Shown here piece after piece: positions 23,200-36,023 of a stretch of 64,000 nt of DNA. Position numbers and translations under genes: made by a program. Each line of letters starts with the position of its first letter. The stretch's first letter is position 1. The notes under the pieces are model-generated. The model worked only from the letters and a program-made list of their open reading frames with translations. It was not told the DNA's origin and did no database searches. The stretch spans positions 355,981-419,980 of the forward strand of contig MU006098.1 in assembly GCA_010093705.1 (NCBI GenBank), written 5' to 3'. Origin of the DNA: Patellaria atrata CBS 101060. Lineage: Eukaryota.

Positions 23200-23714
23200 G
23201 ATGCCTAACTAAACTCGACGTGCTTTGTTCGGATTTGTGAAGATCAAACACTATCACAACTGAATATATAGTAGAAAAGGAAAAAGCAAAAAATATTGGA
23301 GCTGATAAAGTTGAAAGTTTGTGTGGGATTCTGATGATACAACAGTGTTTTAGCGCAGCCCTAGTGGTCTAGATGCTGTACGATTAATATCATCGCAGCC
23401 GCTAGCGACTTTATACGAGTAGTTGTGAACAACAAGAAACAAACGGTAAGTAGCTGAAAATGGTACGAGAAGTGGAAGAGAACACTAGAGTGGCTTATAC
23501 AAGGTGTAACTTATGCCTAAAGATGGATGAACAACGTGGTACCTGTACAATCCTAACCTCTTTCAGCTATCACAGAAATCAAACCAGATAACACCAGGGA
23601 AAGACTACCCTAGATGCCAGCCTCGTTCCCTTGAGCAAGTTTACTTGGTAATACTTTTTGTACACTATGACCCTACACTTTCGTCCATATGGTACACCTA
23701 ATATCCCTCTTTAA

Positions 23715-25047
23715 TCAACCCCCAGTAACCGGTAAATCCCTCTTCTTAAGGTTCTTCTCAATGAGCTTCCACCTACCCACCTCCTTCTCCTTGTCTATGG
23801 GTGTAAACCTCCTATCAAATATCTTAACATGTTTCAACTTGGTCAACTCGCCAATGACCAGTGATTCAACTAATTTGGTTTTTGAAGGGTGACGTAAGCC
23901 CTCATAGAGATGGCGAGCCGTTTTAGAGGTCGTGATGAGAAAATCCGGGATTCTTAGGCGAGTGAGCTGAATAACGCGCTTGATGACCTGATGTGGAGTT
24001 AGAACTTTGAGTCTGTGGGAGGCTTTGTAGTACGGTAGGAAGCCAGTGGATGCAGTAGCACTTACGTAGAACTTAACAATATCGTCTTTTAGGGAGAAAT
24101 AGTCCATCCAATGCTTAGCTTCCCAGGTGGGTTTCCGCTTATTAGATATATCGGAGACCTCTTCCGGGATTAATTCTGTCCCGTCCGTATCTTCGGCCGA
24201 AAATTCCCCCTGCTCATAGGTCTCAGCAGCCGCGTTTGAGTCGCCATTTTGTTCAGTAGGTCTTATGCCCATGATACTAAGAATTTCGTTCTGGATATCC
24301 TCACTGGGGTAGACAAGTTGCAAATCTTTGTCCACAATCTTGAATTTAACGCCCTCAGTCCAATTTGTAGGGTCCAAGCTCGGGTTCTCCCATCTCTCTT
24401 TCAGTATTGTTCTCCATGAATCTTGTGAGTCGCTGGCATAACGAAGGGCAAGGACCTCAATAGCAGCACGACGGATAGCAGAGTGGATTTCGAACTTAGA
24501 GACATCGTCTTTAAGCCGAATGAAACTACACAAGCATGATTAGCGAAACATAATCCAATGTTAAGTATTTAAACCTGGCCCAGTGAAGTGCACAAAGATC
24601 ATACCTCTCAAATTTTTCATGTGGACTCTTCAACTCTTTAACCCAAGCGTCACTCCCCACCCACTCTAGCCCATCCCAACTCTCTGCAGGCGTATAATAG
24701 CGTTCATTTTCCACCGCCTCTTGCCCCTCCCCAACATTGTCAACCTCCACCTCGTCCTCTGCCATTTCTCTTCCATCTACTTCTCGGCCAGCATACTCAG
24801 GCACCGCACTCTTCATCGGCGAGTCCCTAGAATATGGATCAACCTGGCCAGGTGGATTATCCGTGCCCCAGATCTTCCGTCTCAATTTTTCAGTATACGG
24901 TTCCTTTTGTTGGTCCTCTCGCTGGACGCGAGCTGACGAAAAAGGGCGGGCATTGCGCAATTGACAGGCGTGACATAGTGAAGAGGGACGGCGGACATGT
25001 TCGAAGAAATATTCAAATGTCTGAGTTGATCGCGGTAGACGTCGCAT
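23715..25047 (-). CDS. MRPL50: Mitochondrial large ribosomal subunit protein mL50; introns 24526-24604 and 23988-24065
   Basis: Basic presequence-like MRRLPRS, LRRKIWGTDNPPG..DPY, and C-terminal KFYVIKRVIQLT..RIPD..RRFTPIDKEKEVGRWKLIE, typical of fungal mL50. Confidence 0.82.
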
Positions 25048-25383
25048 TATTGTTGTTAGGGTTAACAATGATGGAATTGGGAGATGGGAATGTCTGGGGG
25101 TGACAATTAGGAAATTTAGCTTAGGATCGGGATAGGGGCACGGGCCATGCGGAAGAGACAGGAATTATGAACTGCAACTACCAAATGGAAATATTGGGAT
25201 TTGAGAGATATAAAAGGACTTGTTACCTTAGCATCAATGACACAATCAGTTGATCCAACTCTGAACCCATTGTAGATACATAACGCCTGATCCAACCATT
25301 TTCACTCCATACATTGCAAGAACCACACATCGTAAACATCCAAGGTACGAATATACAAAGCATCCTATAGAGGCTGGTACTTG

Positions 25384-27615
25384 TTAATACTCCACCCCCC
25401 TCCCACTACCCATCCGTTCTATATTACTCATAATCCGGCTCTTTCCTCCACTAATACTTCTGCTCAAGTTCCCTGGGGGTTTAATACCCCCGATCCTACT
25501 CTCACCTATCGAAGACGGTGCCTTGAGACCGGACGGGCGTAACATACTCTTCCTGAAATCCTCGACCACAGCTGGTGTGTTATTCGGTACATCCGCTTGA
25601 AGAGCGAGCATCTCATCGACAGCAGCAACCAATTCTCCTTTTTCGACCCTTTCTCTCTCAAGATCAGCGAGAACCACTGTGTAGTCTTCTCGCGCAGATC
25701 TGACTTCCTGCTCTAGACCGGCTAGTTTGGCCCTCTGCTTCTCGAGTTCCGTGCTTTGAGCCTCTATCTTCAACTTCTGCTCTTCGAGTCTCTTCATATC
25801 TGCCGCCCGTTCCGCGGTTGAAAGATCAGATGGCAAGACGCCGGAGAATGTGGCATCACGGCCCATTTGAAGTTCCTCCATTTGTTTGGTCATGTCGCCG
25901 ATCTTGCGTTGCAGCTCGACGCACTTCTTCTCCGCTTTCGCCTCATACGATTTCTTGAGCGCAGCGACCTTAGTCTCGTGTTTCTTCTTATACACGACAT
26001 GGAGTTCCTTGCACAAAGTAGCGACTTTGTCATCGATCTGCTTCTGGACTTGCTCCGCCGTAAAGCGCGGCGAGTGTGAACCCTCTTCTTCACCGATGAA
26101 AGCCTGTGTCTGATCAACAATCTTGCTTTCCGCTTCAACTGCTCTCTGATCAGCCTCTGCTGCTCTGAGCTCGGCATCATGAGCTCTCCGTTCACTCTCT
26201 TCAAGTCTGCGGATAAGCTCCTCCCGTTCCCTCTCGTTGCTCATAATTTCGCCCTTGATGCTACGGAGGACTTCCTCGACTTCGTTGCCTCGTTTAACCC
26301 AATCAGCCTTTTCCTTCTCTGCATCTTCACGTGCGCTCTGTTCCATACGGGCGTTCTCTTGCGCTTCCCCTGCACGGCGTTCTGAATCGGTAACAGCCTT
26401 TTTCAAACTTTCGACCTCTGCTTCCTTTCCGTTAAGAGTTGCAGTCAACGATGAGATTTGGGACTGATACGATGATTTCATCGACTCCAGTTCCCGAACC
26501 GTAATAGTGGGGACGGACCGTGGTGTGGGTGCAGGAGGAAGTTCAAAATCGAGCAGGTTAAGGATGTTTCGTTTCTCTGACGGTGTAGATGGAAGAGTAT
26601 GCTTTCCTGGTGAACGTTGGTTACTGATGTACGACAGTAAACTCGGCCCACTGTGCGACTTAGACGGAGAATGACGCCTCGTTTTAGAAGGTGTCGCGCG
26701 GGCTGAGTAAGAGAAAGACTCCATCTGCTGTGTGAAGTCGAGCAAGAGGTTTGTTGTGTCGCTATCGGCCTTGTAACCGTTTGTGCGTCGAGGTGTTGGA
26801 GAAGGTGAGCCATTAAAATCATCTACCTGGTGTCTCCTAGATGTACCTGGTGTGTAGAATGCGGCGCTTCGCGGAGTACGAGTCTGGGCGGTGTCCATGT
26901 TGAACGTCTTGGCTGGACTACCTTGTCCCAGTCTGGCAAATTGTGTCATGTCTGCATTTGGGATTTCTGAAAACGCACTGAAGCAGGTATCGTCAATATT
27001 GGTCTGCTCATCGATTTGTTCGTCGTATGAAGTGCTCTCGTGGTATCTAAACTCTTCGACTACAGTCTCCTTTCTCGTCTCAACTATGTTCCGTTCATCC
27101 TCCATCATCTTAATTGCGACTGTCAATCCTTCATTCTCGCGCAGTTGCTCAACTTGCTCATTAGAGCTTCGCTTGATGGGTGATTGTCTTGGTCGCGAGG
27201 ACTTTATTGGGGAAAGGTGCCTTGAGGCGAGCCGCGGTGTCGCCTCTACGATTGAATCATCCTGAAAGATGTCGACTTCCGCAGCGCGATCAATTGCAGT
27301 CGTCGGAGGAGTAGTAGACACCTCCGGAAGTGCTTCCGTCTGAAGGGATAACTTTACTGGAGATCTCTGCTTTGGCGGACTCTGCGTCTTAATAGGTTTT
27401 GATGCTGTAGGTGGCGCATTCTCTTGATCAATTTCTGCGACAAATGGCGAGCTTGGTGGATCGTAATGCGATATATCATCATCCGGAAAATCGCCAACAG
27501 GTTTGCTATCCGGTGATGCATTTGCCGAGAAGTAATCCACGGTCTTTGCTGCAGTGCCAGGCGTTCGATTGAGAGCAGAATTCGAAACCGGGGAAAATGG
27601 AATCAAGTCCTCCAT
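25384..27615 (-). CDS. SLK19: Kinetochore/spindle coiled-coil protein with Slk19-like central kinetochore-associated domain
   Basis: 743-aa ORF with SP/TP-rich N-terminus, long coiled coil and motif ELHVVYKKKHETKVAALKKSYE. Confidence 0.78.
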   Translation of the reverse strand: MEDLIPFSPVSNSALNRTPGTAAKTVDYFSANASPDSKPVGDFPDDDISHYDPPSSPFVAEIDQENAPPTASKPIKTQSPPKQRSPVKLSLQTEALPEVSTTPPTTAIDRAAEVDIFQDDSIVEATPRLASRHLSPIKSSRPRQSPIKRSSNEQVEQLRENEGLTVAIKMMEDERNIVETRKETVVEEFRYHESTSYDEQIDEQTNIDDTCFSAFSEIPNADMTQFARLGQGSPAKTFNMDTAQTRTPRSAAFYTPGTSRRHQVDDFNGSPSPTPRRTNGYKADSDTTNLLLDFTQQMESFSYSARATPSKTRRHSPSKSHSGPSLLSYISNQRSPGKHTLPSTPSEKRNILNLLDFELPPAPTPRSVPTITVRELESMKSSYQSQISSLTATLNGKEAEVESLKKAVTDSERRAGEAQENARMEQSAREDAEKEKADWVKRGNEVEEVLRSIKGEIMSNEREREELIRRLEESERRAHDAELRAAEADQRAVEAESKIVDQTQAFIGEEEGSHSPRFTAEQVQKQIDDKVATLCKELHVVYKKKHETKVAALKKSYEAKAEKKCVELQRKIGDMTKQMEELQMGRDATFSGVLPSDLSTAERAADMKRLEEQKLKIEAQSTELEKQRAKLAGLEQEVRSAREDYTVVLADLERERVEKGELVAAVDEMLALQADVPNNTPAVVEDFRKSMLRPSGLKAPSSIGESRIGGIKPPGNLSRSISGGKSRIMSNIERMGSGRGVEY

Positions 27616-27706
27616 TTCATAAACTTTAAAAGTATTGGTAGTCCAAATGGCGGGAGCCGAAATCGAAGTTGGTGGTGAGTGGTAAGTTGTGTGTCGGCGT
27701 CGTCAG

Positions 27707-27730
27707 TGTTTATTTTCCCGATGTAAACAA
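27707..27730. promoter_or_regulatory. Two inverted forkhead-type sites upstream of the Slk19-like gene
   Basis: TGTTTAT 27707-27713 and GTAAACAA 27723-27730, about 90-115 bp upstream of the ATG. RTAAACA is the fungal Fkh/Sep1 motif of mitotic genes. Confidence 0.45.
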
Positions 27731-28856
27731 TGCCAAGATATTAGCCTCTCCCAACGACGGCACGTGATTTCGAAAATTATACGGAGTCTTCATGCAGACC
27801 ATATTGATAAGGAGTAATCATGCAGGTTATCCTTCAGCTCCTCTCAATTCTTGAAACAAGGCTAGAGCACTTTTTCTTAGTTATATCGAGGAAGGATAAA
27901 AAATAAAATAGAATATATTATTCCCCTTATCTAGAAGAATAAGCATATAATTATCGATTTGAACAATATTCATTAGTCGGTAGTAGAATTCTACTAAGCT
28001 GAAGGCATATTCGTAGTTTTTATCGATTTTGGTGGTTGTTATCCCACGACTTATCTCGCTGAGCCTTGAAATCTTCAGTGGAGAGTCTTCTTCACATCCC
28101 CGCTCAATATCTCCGCACCTTATGTTATGGAACAATAGAACTTAGTAAGTTTACGGTACGGTAGGTCTCTACCTATGACTAACGCTACCTGGACTTCTTG
28201 CTCAGTAAAGCTAGCAATCAACACAGTTCTACCACAATACACTTACTACTTAGATCCAAATCTTTCGCAATGACGAGTAGTATATCTTCGGTACTTCTCG
28301 CCTCGTATCGCTCTAGATACTGGGAGGCCATAGGCGGTGTTGCCAGTGTCTACTGTTTGATTTTCTTACTCCATCATCTTCTAAGCATATATGCTCCTAA
28401 TCGCGCCAAGGTATCTGTGCCTAATCCCTGGTGCCCTCTTCCCGCCCATGGTAACTGGCTGACTAACGGAAAAACCTGGAGGTTAGCTACACGGTGGATT
28501 TTACTCTCGTGGCGAACTATATCCGAGAGTTAATCTACCCGCAAGAAGTAGATAATATTAGGAGATTCAACTGTATTCAAGGAGAGGGCTGTACACAAGG
28601 GATCGACTGTAACCCAAGGGGCACGCTCTAGAAAGGACACGATCACATTACCATCGATCAAAACATCTTCTGGAGATATCGATCATGATGGAAAGTTAAA
28701 GGGCGTTCGTCAGAGTACGTGTAGCAATGTCCAGAATTGGTGACCATGACTTAAACAAAGAACAAGTCCCTTTTAAATGATTGGAGCTATTTTCCATATT
28801 CCTATGTTAATTCATGACCTGTCCGCATTTTAAAGCCGTTTCAATTAATTTACCGC

Positions 28857-30153
28857 TCATCCACATGCTGGTTTCTGTCCAACACAGACCACAGGATCCA
28901 TAGTCAGACTGACCCCTTTGCTAATCTCTTCTAGGGCATGAGCCCAGATTTCGTCGAAATTTTCCTCCGTACCAATAAGCTTGCCGTCCCTCTTTGTTAA
29001 AACAACCACACTCTCCGTCATCATGAGCATGTCGTCCGTAATCGGCTTCCGTAGTTTCGGTGCCCAGGTCGTCTTATCAAACTGAACATTCTCAAAGCCA
29101 TTCTCCTTGAATTGTTGATCAAGGTTTGCAATCCAACTGCCAGGCCTATCATCAGTTGAAGAATCCAATAGAACCGTCTGGATTTCCGCCTACCTAGGAT
29201 TGAAAGTCAACACATTCGCATTCTTCATCATTACCTCCGTCATCTTCTGCGCCCATTTCGAGCTCACTCCAGCATTTGGTGAAATTGCCTTAAAGCTAGC
29301 GGAGTTGAATTCATCCCATTGCAACCATCCACCGGGCTTGAGCATTCTAGCTGCATTCTTGATCAGGGGACTTGAGTCGTTATTGCGGACGACAGCAGAG
29401 AAGACACGTATGTGTACGATGTCGAAGATCCCAGTCAGATTCTCCGGAACATCATCAAAAGCATTCAGTTGGGCAAAATGCACTTCAGGCGAGCAGTTAT
29501 CTGCTGCTGGAAAGTTTGCTAGTGAAACATCGAAACCGTAAAGCTTAGTGTGTGGCTTGATTCCAGATGGGAGCTCGTCAGCGACCTCAAGAATCCACGC
29601 GCTTGATTGTAATTGTCAGTAGTTGGGTTGAATGAAGAAGTGGAACAACGATTACCAGTTGCCTGCACCCTGGTCAGCAATTCTATATGTCTCGCCCTCA
29701 CCAAGAGTAGACGGGATATTGATCGACGGGTGGATGTTCCATCCGGTCTGTGATTTCCAAAGCCAGTGTTGTAAGTGTAATCTTTAGAAGATGATGTCAG
29801 CGTACGTATGTATGTTGTCTTCTATGACTCTTCCCCTGTTGCGGCATTCCTCAGATACCGTACACTCATCTTCAAAAGGATATCCTAACTCTGTCTGCTG
29901 CTCAAGGGAACGAAGAAGATTCAGAGAGCTCTCAACCGTCCATTACACCTAAGAAAATGTAGGGGCACAGAGAATGGAGGCATGTTGATTTGTTCGGTGT
30001 GAGTACAGAGGCCGAGAAATGCCAACTACAATCGGGAAAGAGATAACAGACTATTAGTTCCGGATATAATTACCTTGCAGATTCTTTGAAATGTCGCCCC
30101 AGCAAGTATGTTTCTTTCTGCAAAACAGCAGCTGCGTCTTGATTTCCGTTCAT
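28857..30153 (-). CDS. Class I SAM-dependent methyltransferase (LaeA-like/secondary-metabolism type), 4 exons
   Basis: Spliced product MNGNQ..YLLGRHFKESARLHLQHWLW..RIADQGAGNCAWI..LYGFDVS..FDIVHIR..MLKPGGWLQWDE. First intron 29782-30073. Confidence 0.88.
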
Positions 30154-30878
30154 ATCTCCACAGTTGATCTCTGGTGTGAAAAAGGTTTGAAAATTGATTA
30201 CCCACAGGATGATAGGTTATATGAAGTAGGTGCGGAAAGGAGACTGACTTGTATTCAGCCAAAGAGATCAGAAGATCAAAGTCGGGCTAGTGTTCAGGCA
30301 GGTGATATATGAATTTACGTACTTTCTATCATAGAACAATGCTACCGTTTGCTCTCAAACCAACACTATACCCTTGAAGCATTCATGTTATTGACCCCAT
30401 TCAGCAACGTTCATCGTAAGACCCGAAGAGGATCTACAAAACCGTTGCCCAGCAATAGGCAAGATCTTGGGTATGTTGTGCTATGAGAATAGTTCTGACA
30501 ATGCATTCAGTTGGAATTCCAAGTGAAGAATTGAGATTTGCGTATCCGTCCCGCCTTACATGCATATCCAGACTCCATGTATTTTGTTGACAACTCCACC
30601 TTTACATGATATACCCCATTAACCAATTCTCCGTAATTATTCTCTTACAGATGACCGTTAAGCAAAGAAAGTCTCCGATCATTCAGTAGTGCTGTGGGTA
30701 ATGCTTGTGGGCACACCCAAATTCTCTGCCTTATAATGGAAATACTTTGTACAACCTGCCTCTTTCAGGAGTAATATTTACCGCAATACCCCTGACCATG
30801 TTGAACGATGCATGCCCCAACATCTACCCCTGTATTACACTTCAGCTCACATACCGGCCGCACGTTTCGGTCCTTGAT

Positions 30879-30937
30879 TATTCTTCTTTTCTTTTCTTTT
30901 CTTCTTTTCTTTTCCTTTCCTCTTTTCTTTCTTTTTC
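30879..30937 (+). repeat. Pyrimidine-rich low-complexity tract (TTTTC-like)
   Basis: About 58 nt almost exclusively T/C. Confidence 0.75.
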
Positions 30938-31387
30938 AATGGTGCAGATCAGTCTCCTTTGCAGATCGCGATTTAGTCTTTCGGTACTTCTTATCCCGAC
31001 TCTGCGCCCGACTGATTCTCAGTTCACTATCCGCCACACCTTACGATCTAATTCTTTCTCCTCTATCCTGGTAGACCTTCCTCAGCTTCCGTACACTTGT
31101 TCGTACTTAGTGTATTGCTCAGTTTGTAGGCCCGACGTTTGATTTATACGGTAAAGTAGATTCAACGATACGAGTTCCCCCTAGGTTTTGACTTCTTCAT
31201 ACATGGGACTCTGATATCACTTAATGGAAGGGCGTACAGAAGATGGCTGAAGTAGTCACAAGGGAGATGATACAGCATTTCAGGTAGACATGTGGACTTC
31301 CAGGCGCAAGCAAGTAATGACTGTTTTTCAACTTTTTTTTCTAATATACACGTACAGCGAAGTCTGTAATCCGATGGAAAAAAGCGA

Positions 31388-33109
31388 TCAGAATTGCTCC
31401 CGTATATCCAATGAAGTTGTCTTCCTGATATGACCGTGGCAAGTTTCCCTGTCCCTATGTGCGCTAAGCTCCATAGTATCAATCTGCGTATTCAGTTCAC
31501 TCTGACTACCATGATCTGTCCCGTCGCTAGCAACTCTTTTCTTTCGATAGCGATCCGAAGAAATGTCGGAATAGCTCTTTCGAGTATTCGACTTAGCTGT
31601 TCCGCATCCGTACCTAACCCATAGGGCTGGCAAAGAGGGTAGACAACCACAGATGAACCCAATAGCAACCTCCGCATTTCTAATTTCGTTAGCATATCAG
31701 AGGAAGGAAGTTGGGGGTTACATACGTCCAGAGTAGTACGCTTAGCCAACCGTAAGTTTTATCCTGATTGTGCTCAAAACGAATAGTATCTACGAGTCGA
31801 AGAATGCTGGCAATACAAGCCCTACAAATCTTAGTCCTGTTGATCAAGCAAAATATCCCTTTATATATACTCACAATCCGCCTGCTACAAAGACAAGCGA
31901 CACTCCAATCCTTTTGGATACCCTCATCTTAAGTTTCCAAATTGTAGGCAGAGGGAGAATCAGGATAAAAAGGTCCGAGACAATACTAACGACGCAATCT
32001 GTTATGAAGATGGCGTCACTGTCGAGACATTTCCCTTCAATAGTAGGATTCCAAAACTTGGGGATTGGCGAGCAGATGAATATCTTGACGATGGTAATCG
32101 CAATGTAGTAGAGAGCCATCAGGAGGATTCCGTAGTTGACGGAAATTCTGAGTATTCGGTTCACGCCAAAGACGCGCTTCACCATCAGTAGAATTGCTGC
32201 CTTCGTCGCGAAAGCCAGCGGTCCGTATAGAATCTCAATGATGTAGCCATACTATTTCCGATGAGCGTGACTGCGTCATGAAACTATTGGAAAAGACTCA
32301 CGTGAAATATGTCCATCACGTCGGTAACCAGCAGGTTCCACTGGTGAGTTCCGAATCCATGGTTCGAAACTGTTCTCATTAGGATTTGCAAATAATCATA
32401 AGGATGGACTCCTTACCCACTAAGCAAAGTGCTGAGTACGGAATCATTATAGCCTTTCGCCTGTTATCAGCATAAATAAGTTAGAGTACCACTGCATGAC
32501 CTACCCAAGCACAAGTACTAGCATCTATCCAGTGTTAGCGACTCTATACATATGTTGTGCGCTCTCCTGTCATGCAATTTCTTGCATAATGTACGCTACA
32601 TCTACAATTTCTCTCCCATTCTTTTTACGAATCAAAGGAAATGAAGGGAAGATGTTTAATTGTATGAACAATTCACAAAAACAAATCCGGATCTTATACA
32701 ACCGTCTGAAGGTATATCTGACTCCGTTGTACCGAAGTCCTCAGTTCGTACGGTGTAGTACGACCCGTACGCAGAACTCAAGTGTATGCATAATGGAGTT
32801 CCATTGATATACCAGACCCGACAGTTTGCCAGTAATCTGTTCCCCAAGCGGACAGAAACCTGAGCACTACTAACCGTGACAGAAAACATAAGCGTAAAAC
32901 GACTTACAATCATCAATTGTGAAAGCTTTGAGTACGAACGTCTTTGAGAATATTCTCAGTCCAAAGAAACCAGTAGTAGCTATTACCACAAGGATTTGAG
33001 TGAGGTTGTTGACCCAAGCGAGTGATGGTGGATCGGCGAAGTTAGGTTCTTGTCCCTCCGGAGGAGGCATCGCACCACGTATAGCAGATCGAAAGATAAA
33101 GGAAAGCAT
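31388..33109 (-). CDS. Pth11-like 7-TM integral membrane protein (fungal rhodopsin-domain family), multi-intron
   Basis: GAMPPPEGQEPNFADPP, GLRIFSK..TIDDY, HGFGTHQW, YGPLAFATKAAILL, CSPIPKFWNPTIEGKC, SDLFILILPLPTIWKL, AEVAIGFICGCLP. GT-AG introns restore the frame. Confidence 0.88.
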
Positions 33110-34325
33110 CGTGACAGGAAATTAGTTCAAGTTCAGTACGACGACTCGAGGAAGGAAGATTCAACAATAAACGGATGGAGAATGAAGGGAGGAAAATGAA
33201 AGAAAATTTTAACATGTCTTCCATATTAGAAAAGGTAAGAAATTGAACAGCCCCAGAGCGAATAGAACATAGAAAGCTTGCCGACCCATGACCAGGGCAA
33301 ATGTCGCCGTTGTGTTCTGCATCTCGGGAAAGGGTTTTACCGTTTACTCCCAACTGAATATATTAAATTCTGTGGTAAGGTTTGCCTACCAGGAGGTTGC
33401 AAAGTATAGCAGAGCTAGGTATTCCAGCTGAACCCAGTGTTCATTTTACTGTACGTATACAGTTGCATCTTGGGAGTTTCAACGTCCAGTCACCTACCCT
33501 TACAAGGGATAAATCGTTGTACGGAATATAGCCGTAGCAGGAAACCCAGGAACTTTCAAAAAATCATAGCCACCTAAGCCGGGATATATTCCATGTCCTT
33601 TCGCCGCAGGCTCCTAGGGATATTTATCGATTCGGAATTACCAATTACACGCTCATTATTACCGTTTGAGTGGGTTCCAACAATTGACCTCGCATATGCA
33701 AGTACGCCCGCTTCCGTCGTTCCCTGTTATCTGTATGCACTGTCAGAAAATCGTTGACCCCACTACTAACAAATTGATGACCCCGGTGTCTGGTGTGAAA
33801 AGAAACTCTGTCGCAAACTTCTGTAGGTGGAAAATTTGACGACCTCTAAAAGAACACTGATTTTGAACCGCACACTTTTCGAGGAAATAGTATCAATGCG
33901 ATAGATTTTAATTGTTATACAGGGTTAAATATCGGAGCAGATTACCAAATTGAACTATGGTGGCCATTCATTCATGAGGTTCGCGCGGCATACGACAAGA
34001 AGATAACTGAATTTTCGACCAAAGATGATACCATGCAACTAACAACTAACTTGTGAAGTAATGGCATCCATTTCCCTGTCATGGCATTCATAACTTATTA
34101 TATGCTTCCATAAGAGCGAAAAAGTCGTAGAAAGTGGCCACAAATGGCAGTGCACCAGTATACGTTACAGTGTGCGTACATGTATCGAGGGCTACCATAT
34201 GTGGCTCGCGAGGAAATAGGTCACTGATTCCAAGGGTTAATCTAAAGGATTTTAAAGAGAAGAAGGCCGAGAGAAGCTAATGACATCTCAGAAATACGTT
34301 GGTGACGTTAGAACAAAGTAAATGT

Positions 34326-36023
34326 TTACTTTTGGCGTAACCGAAAACGCACTAGCGGTCCATCCGCGAAGGTCGTAAATCGATCTACCGCTTGACGGTC
34401 TCGCCATAGAAACATCTGGATGGTATCTAGATCGTCGGTGTCTTTTGGTCTTTCCATTTCCATATCGAAGAGCCAAACCAGCCTTGCTATCGCTACCTTC
34501 ATCTCCGTTAGAGCCCACGCCTTTCCAATACAGTTTGCGGCTCCTGAACTGAACGGATTGGTTGATGCCTCGGCTAGATGCACGCTTTCCTCGGTTACCT
34601 GGGCGCTCTTGATCCATCGAGACGGTTTGAAAGTCAAAGCATCAGGGAAATATTCCGGATTTCGATGTACAACGGATTGAGGCGCTGCAACATCCACTCC
34701 TGCGGGGATATGGTGTCCTTCTATATTGAGACCTCCTGGAAGAACAAGTCGTTGAATCATAGAATGCACAACAGGAGAGAGACGCAGAGATTCTGATATA
34801 GCCGCAGAAAGATATTCGCAGCCATTAAGGGTTTTACCGGGGCGAATTTCGTCGGCCGAGGAGAATTGTACGTCAAGTTCTTCGCGAAGTCGATTAACCT
34901 CGTTAGGATTGTTCAACAAATGGAACAGCGTATTTGAAAGTGCAACCGCCGTAGTTTCTGACCCTATGTCGCTGTTTAGCCATTTTTCGATCGGATTCGA
35001 GAAGAACTGACCTGCTGTAACAAGAAGAGCGCTCTCGCTCTCCATTTCCAGAGAGTCGAATGTTTCCGAGCCATCGATACTCCTTTTTAGTAGTGTACTA
35101 AAGACGTTCGGTTTACAACTTCCAAATTCCACTTTCTCTATAACATCTCGCGCTAACGCACCGCAGAAAGTTTGGTAATCGCGCAAATCCTTTAGTAGTA
35201 CTGGAAAAACTTTGATGATAGATGCGAATAAGGGCGCAACGCTATACATGTAACCGAGCTGCAATCTGTTTAGCACTGTCCTCGAGTAAGATGCTATCAA
35301 ACTCACAGTATTCATTCCTTTGAAGGCCATCTTCATATTTGTTAAGAGTCTTTCCATTTCAAGGTCTCCATCTAGTGCACAAAAGGATCGACCAAAGCAG
35401 AACTCTCCCATGACATCAAAAGAGAAAGCGCTGAACATATGACTCATATCTACAGGTGATGTCCAACCACTCTTTCTCTTAGCTAAGGCAATTGATTCTG
35501 TTAGTTTCTCAACTAGAGATAAGAGACTAGCTTCATATGTCTGCAGCATTTTCTCTGAAAAGGAATGACTGAGTATCCGCCTTTTTCGGGTATGTATAGC
35601 TTTGTCTCGCGTAGTGTGTATACTCGGGGAGTCTTTAGAGAGCACTGCCCATACATCATACCAATCCGACTTCATCGTGTTCGCCTTTTTGCCGTAAACA
35701 AGAGTCCATGCTTGATTACTATTGATGGAGAGGCGGTTAGGTCCATAGCGGACAAATTTCCCGTATTTCGCATGAAGACGCGCGAAGTTTGAATGGTTAT
35801 CATCCTGAAGACAGTGATACACCGCGTACCAGTCGGTTATTTGACCCATCCATGGGCCCGGGTATCGCGAGAGAGGATGAAAATATAATCGGTATATGAA
35901 GGTGCAAACGACCTATACAATTATAAGCCTATGATTTTACGAGAGAAAGAGGACTCATACCCAAGCGCAGATAATACTGCCAATAGAAAAGAGAGTTTTC
36001 AGAATCATCGACCCAGCTTCCAT
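34326..36023 (-). CDS. Cytochrome P450 monooxygenase
   Basis: N-terminal anchor exon from 36023, then FHPLSRYPGP, I-helix AGSETT (after splicing), ESLR, PSRW and heme motif PFSSGAANCIG. Confidence 0.95.

Noticed and set aside
28198..28700. 111-aa ORF or RIP relic between the Slk19-like and methyltransferase genes
   Set aside because: Non-ATG ORF start and no recognisable domain.
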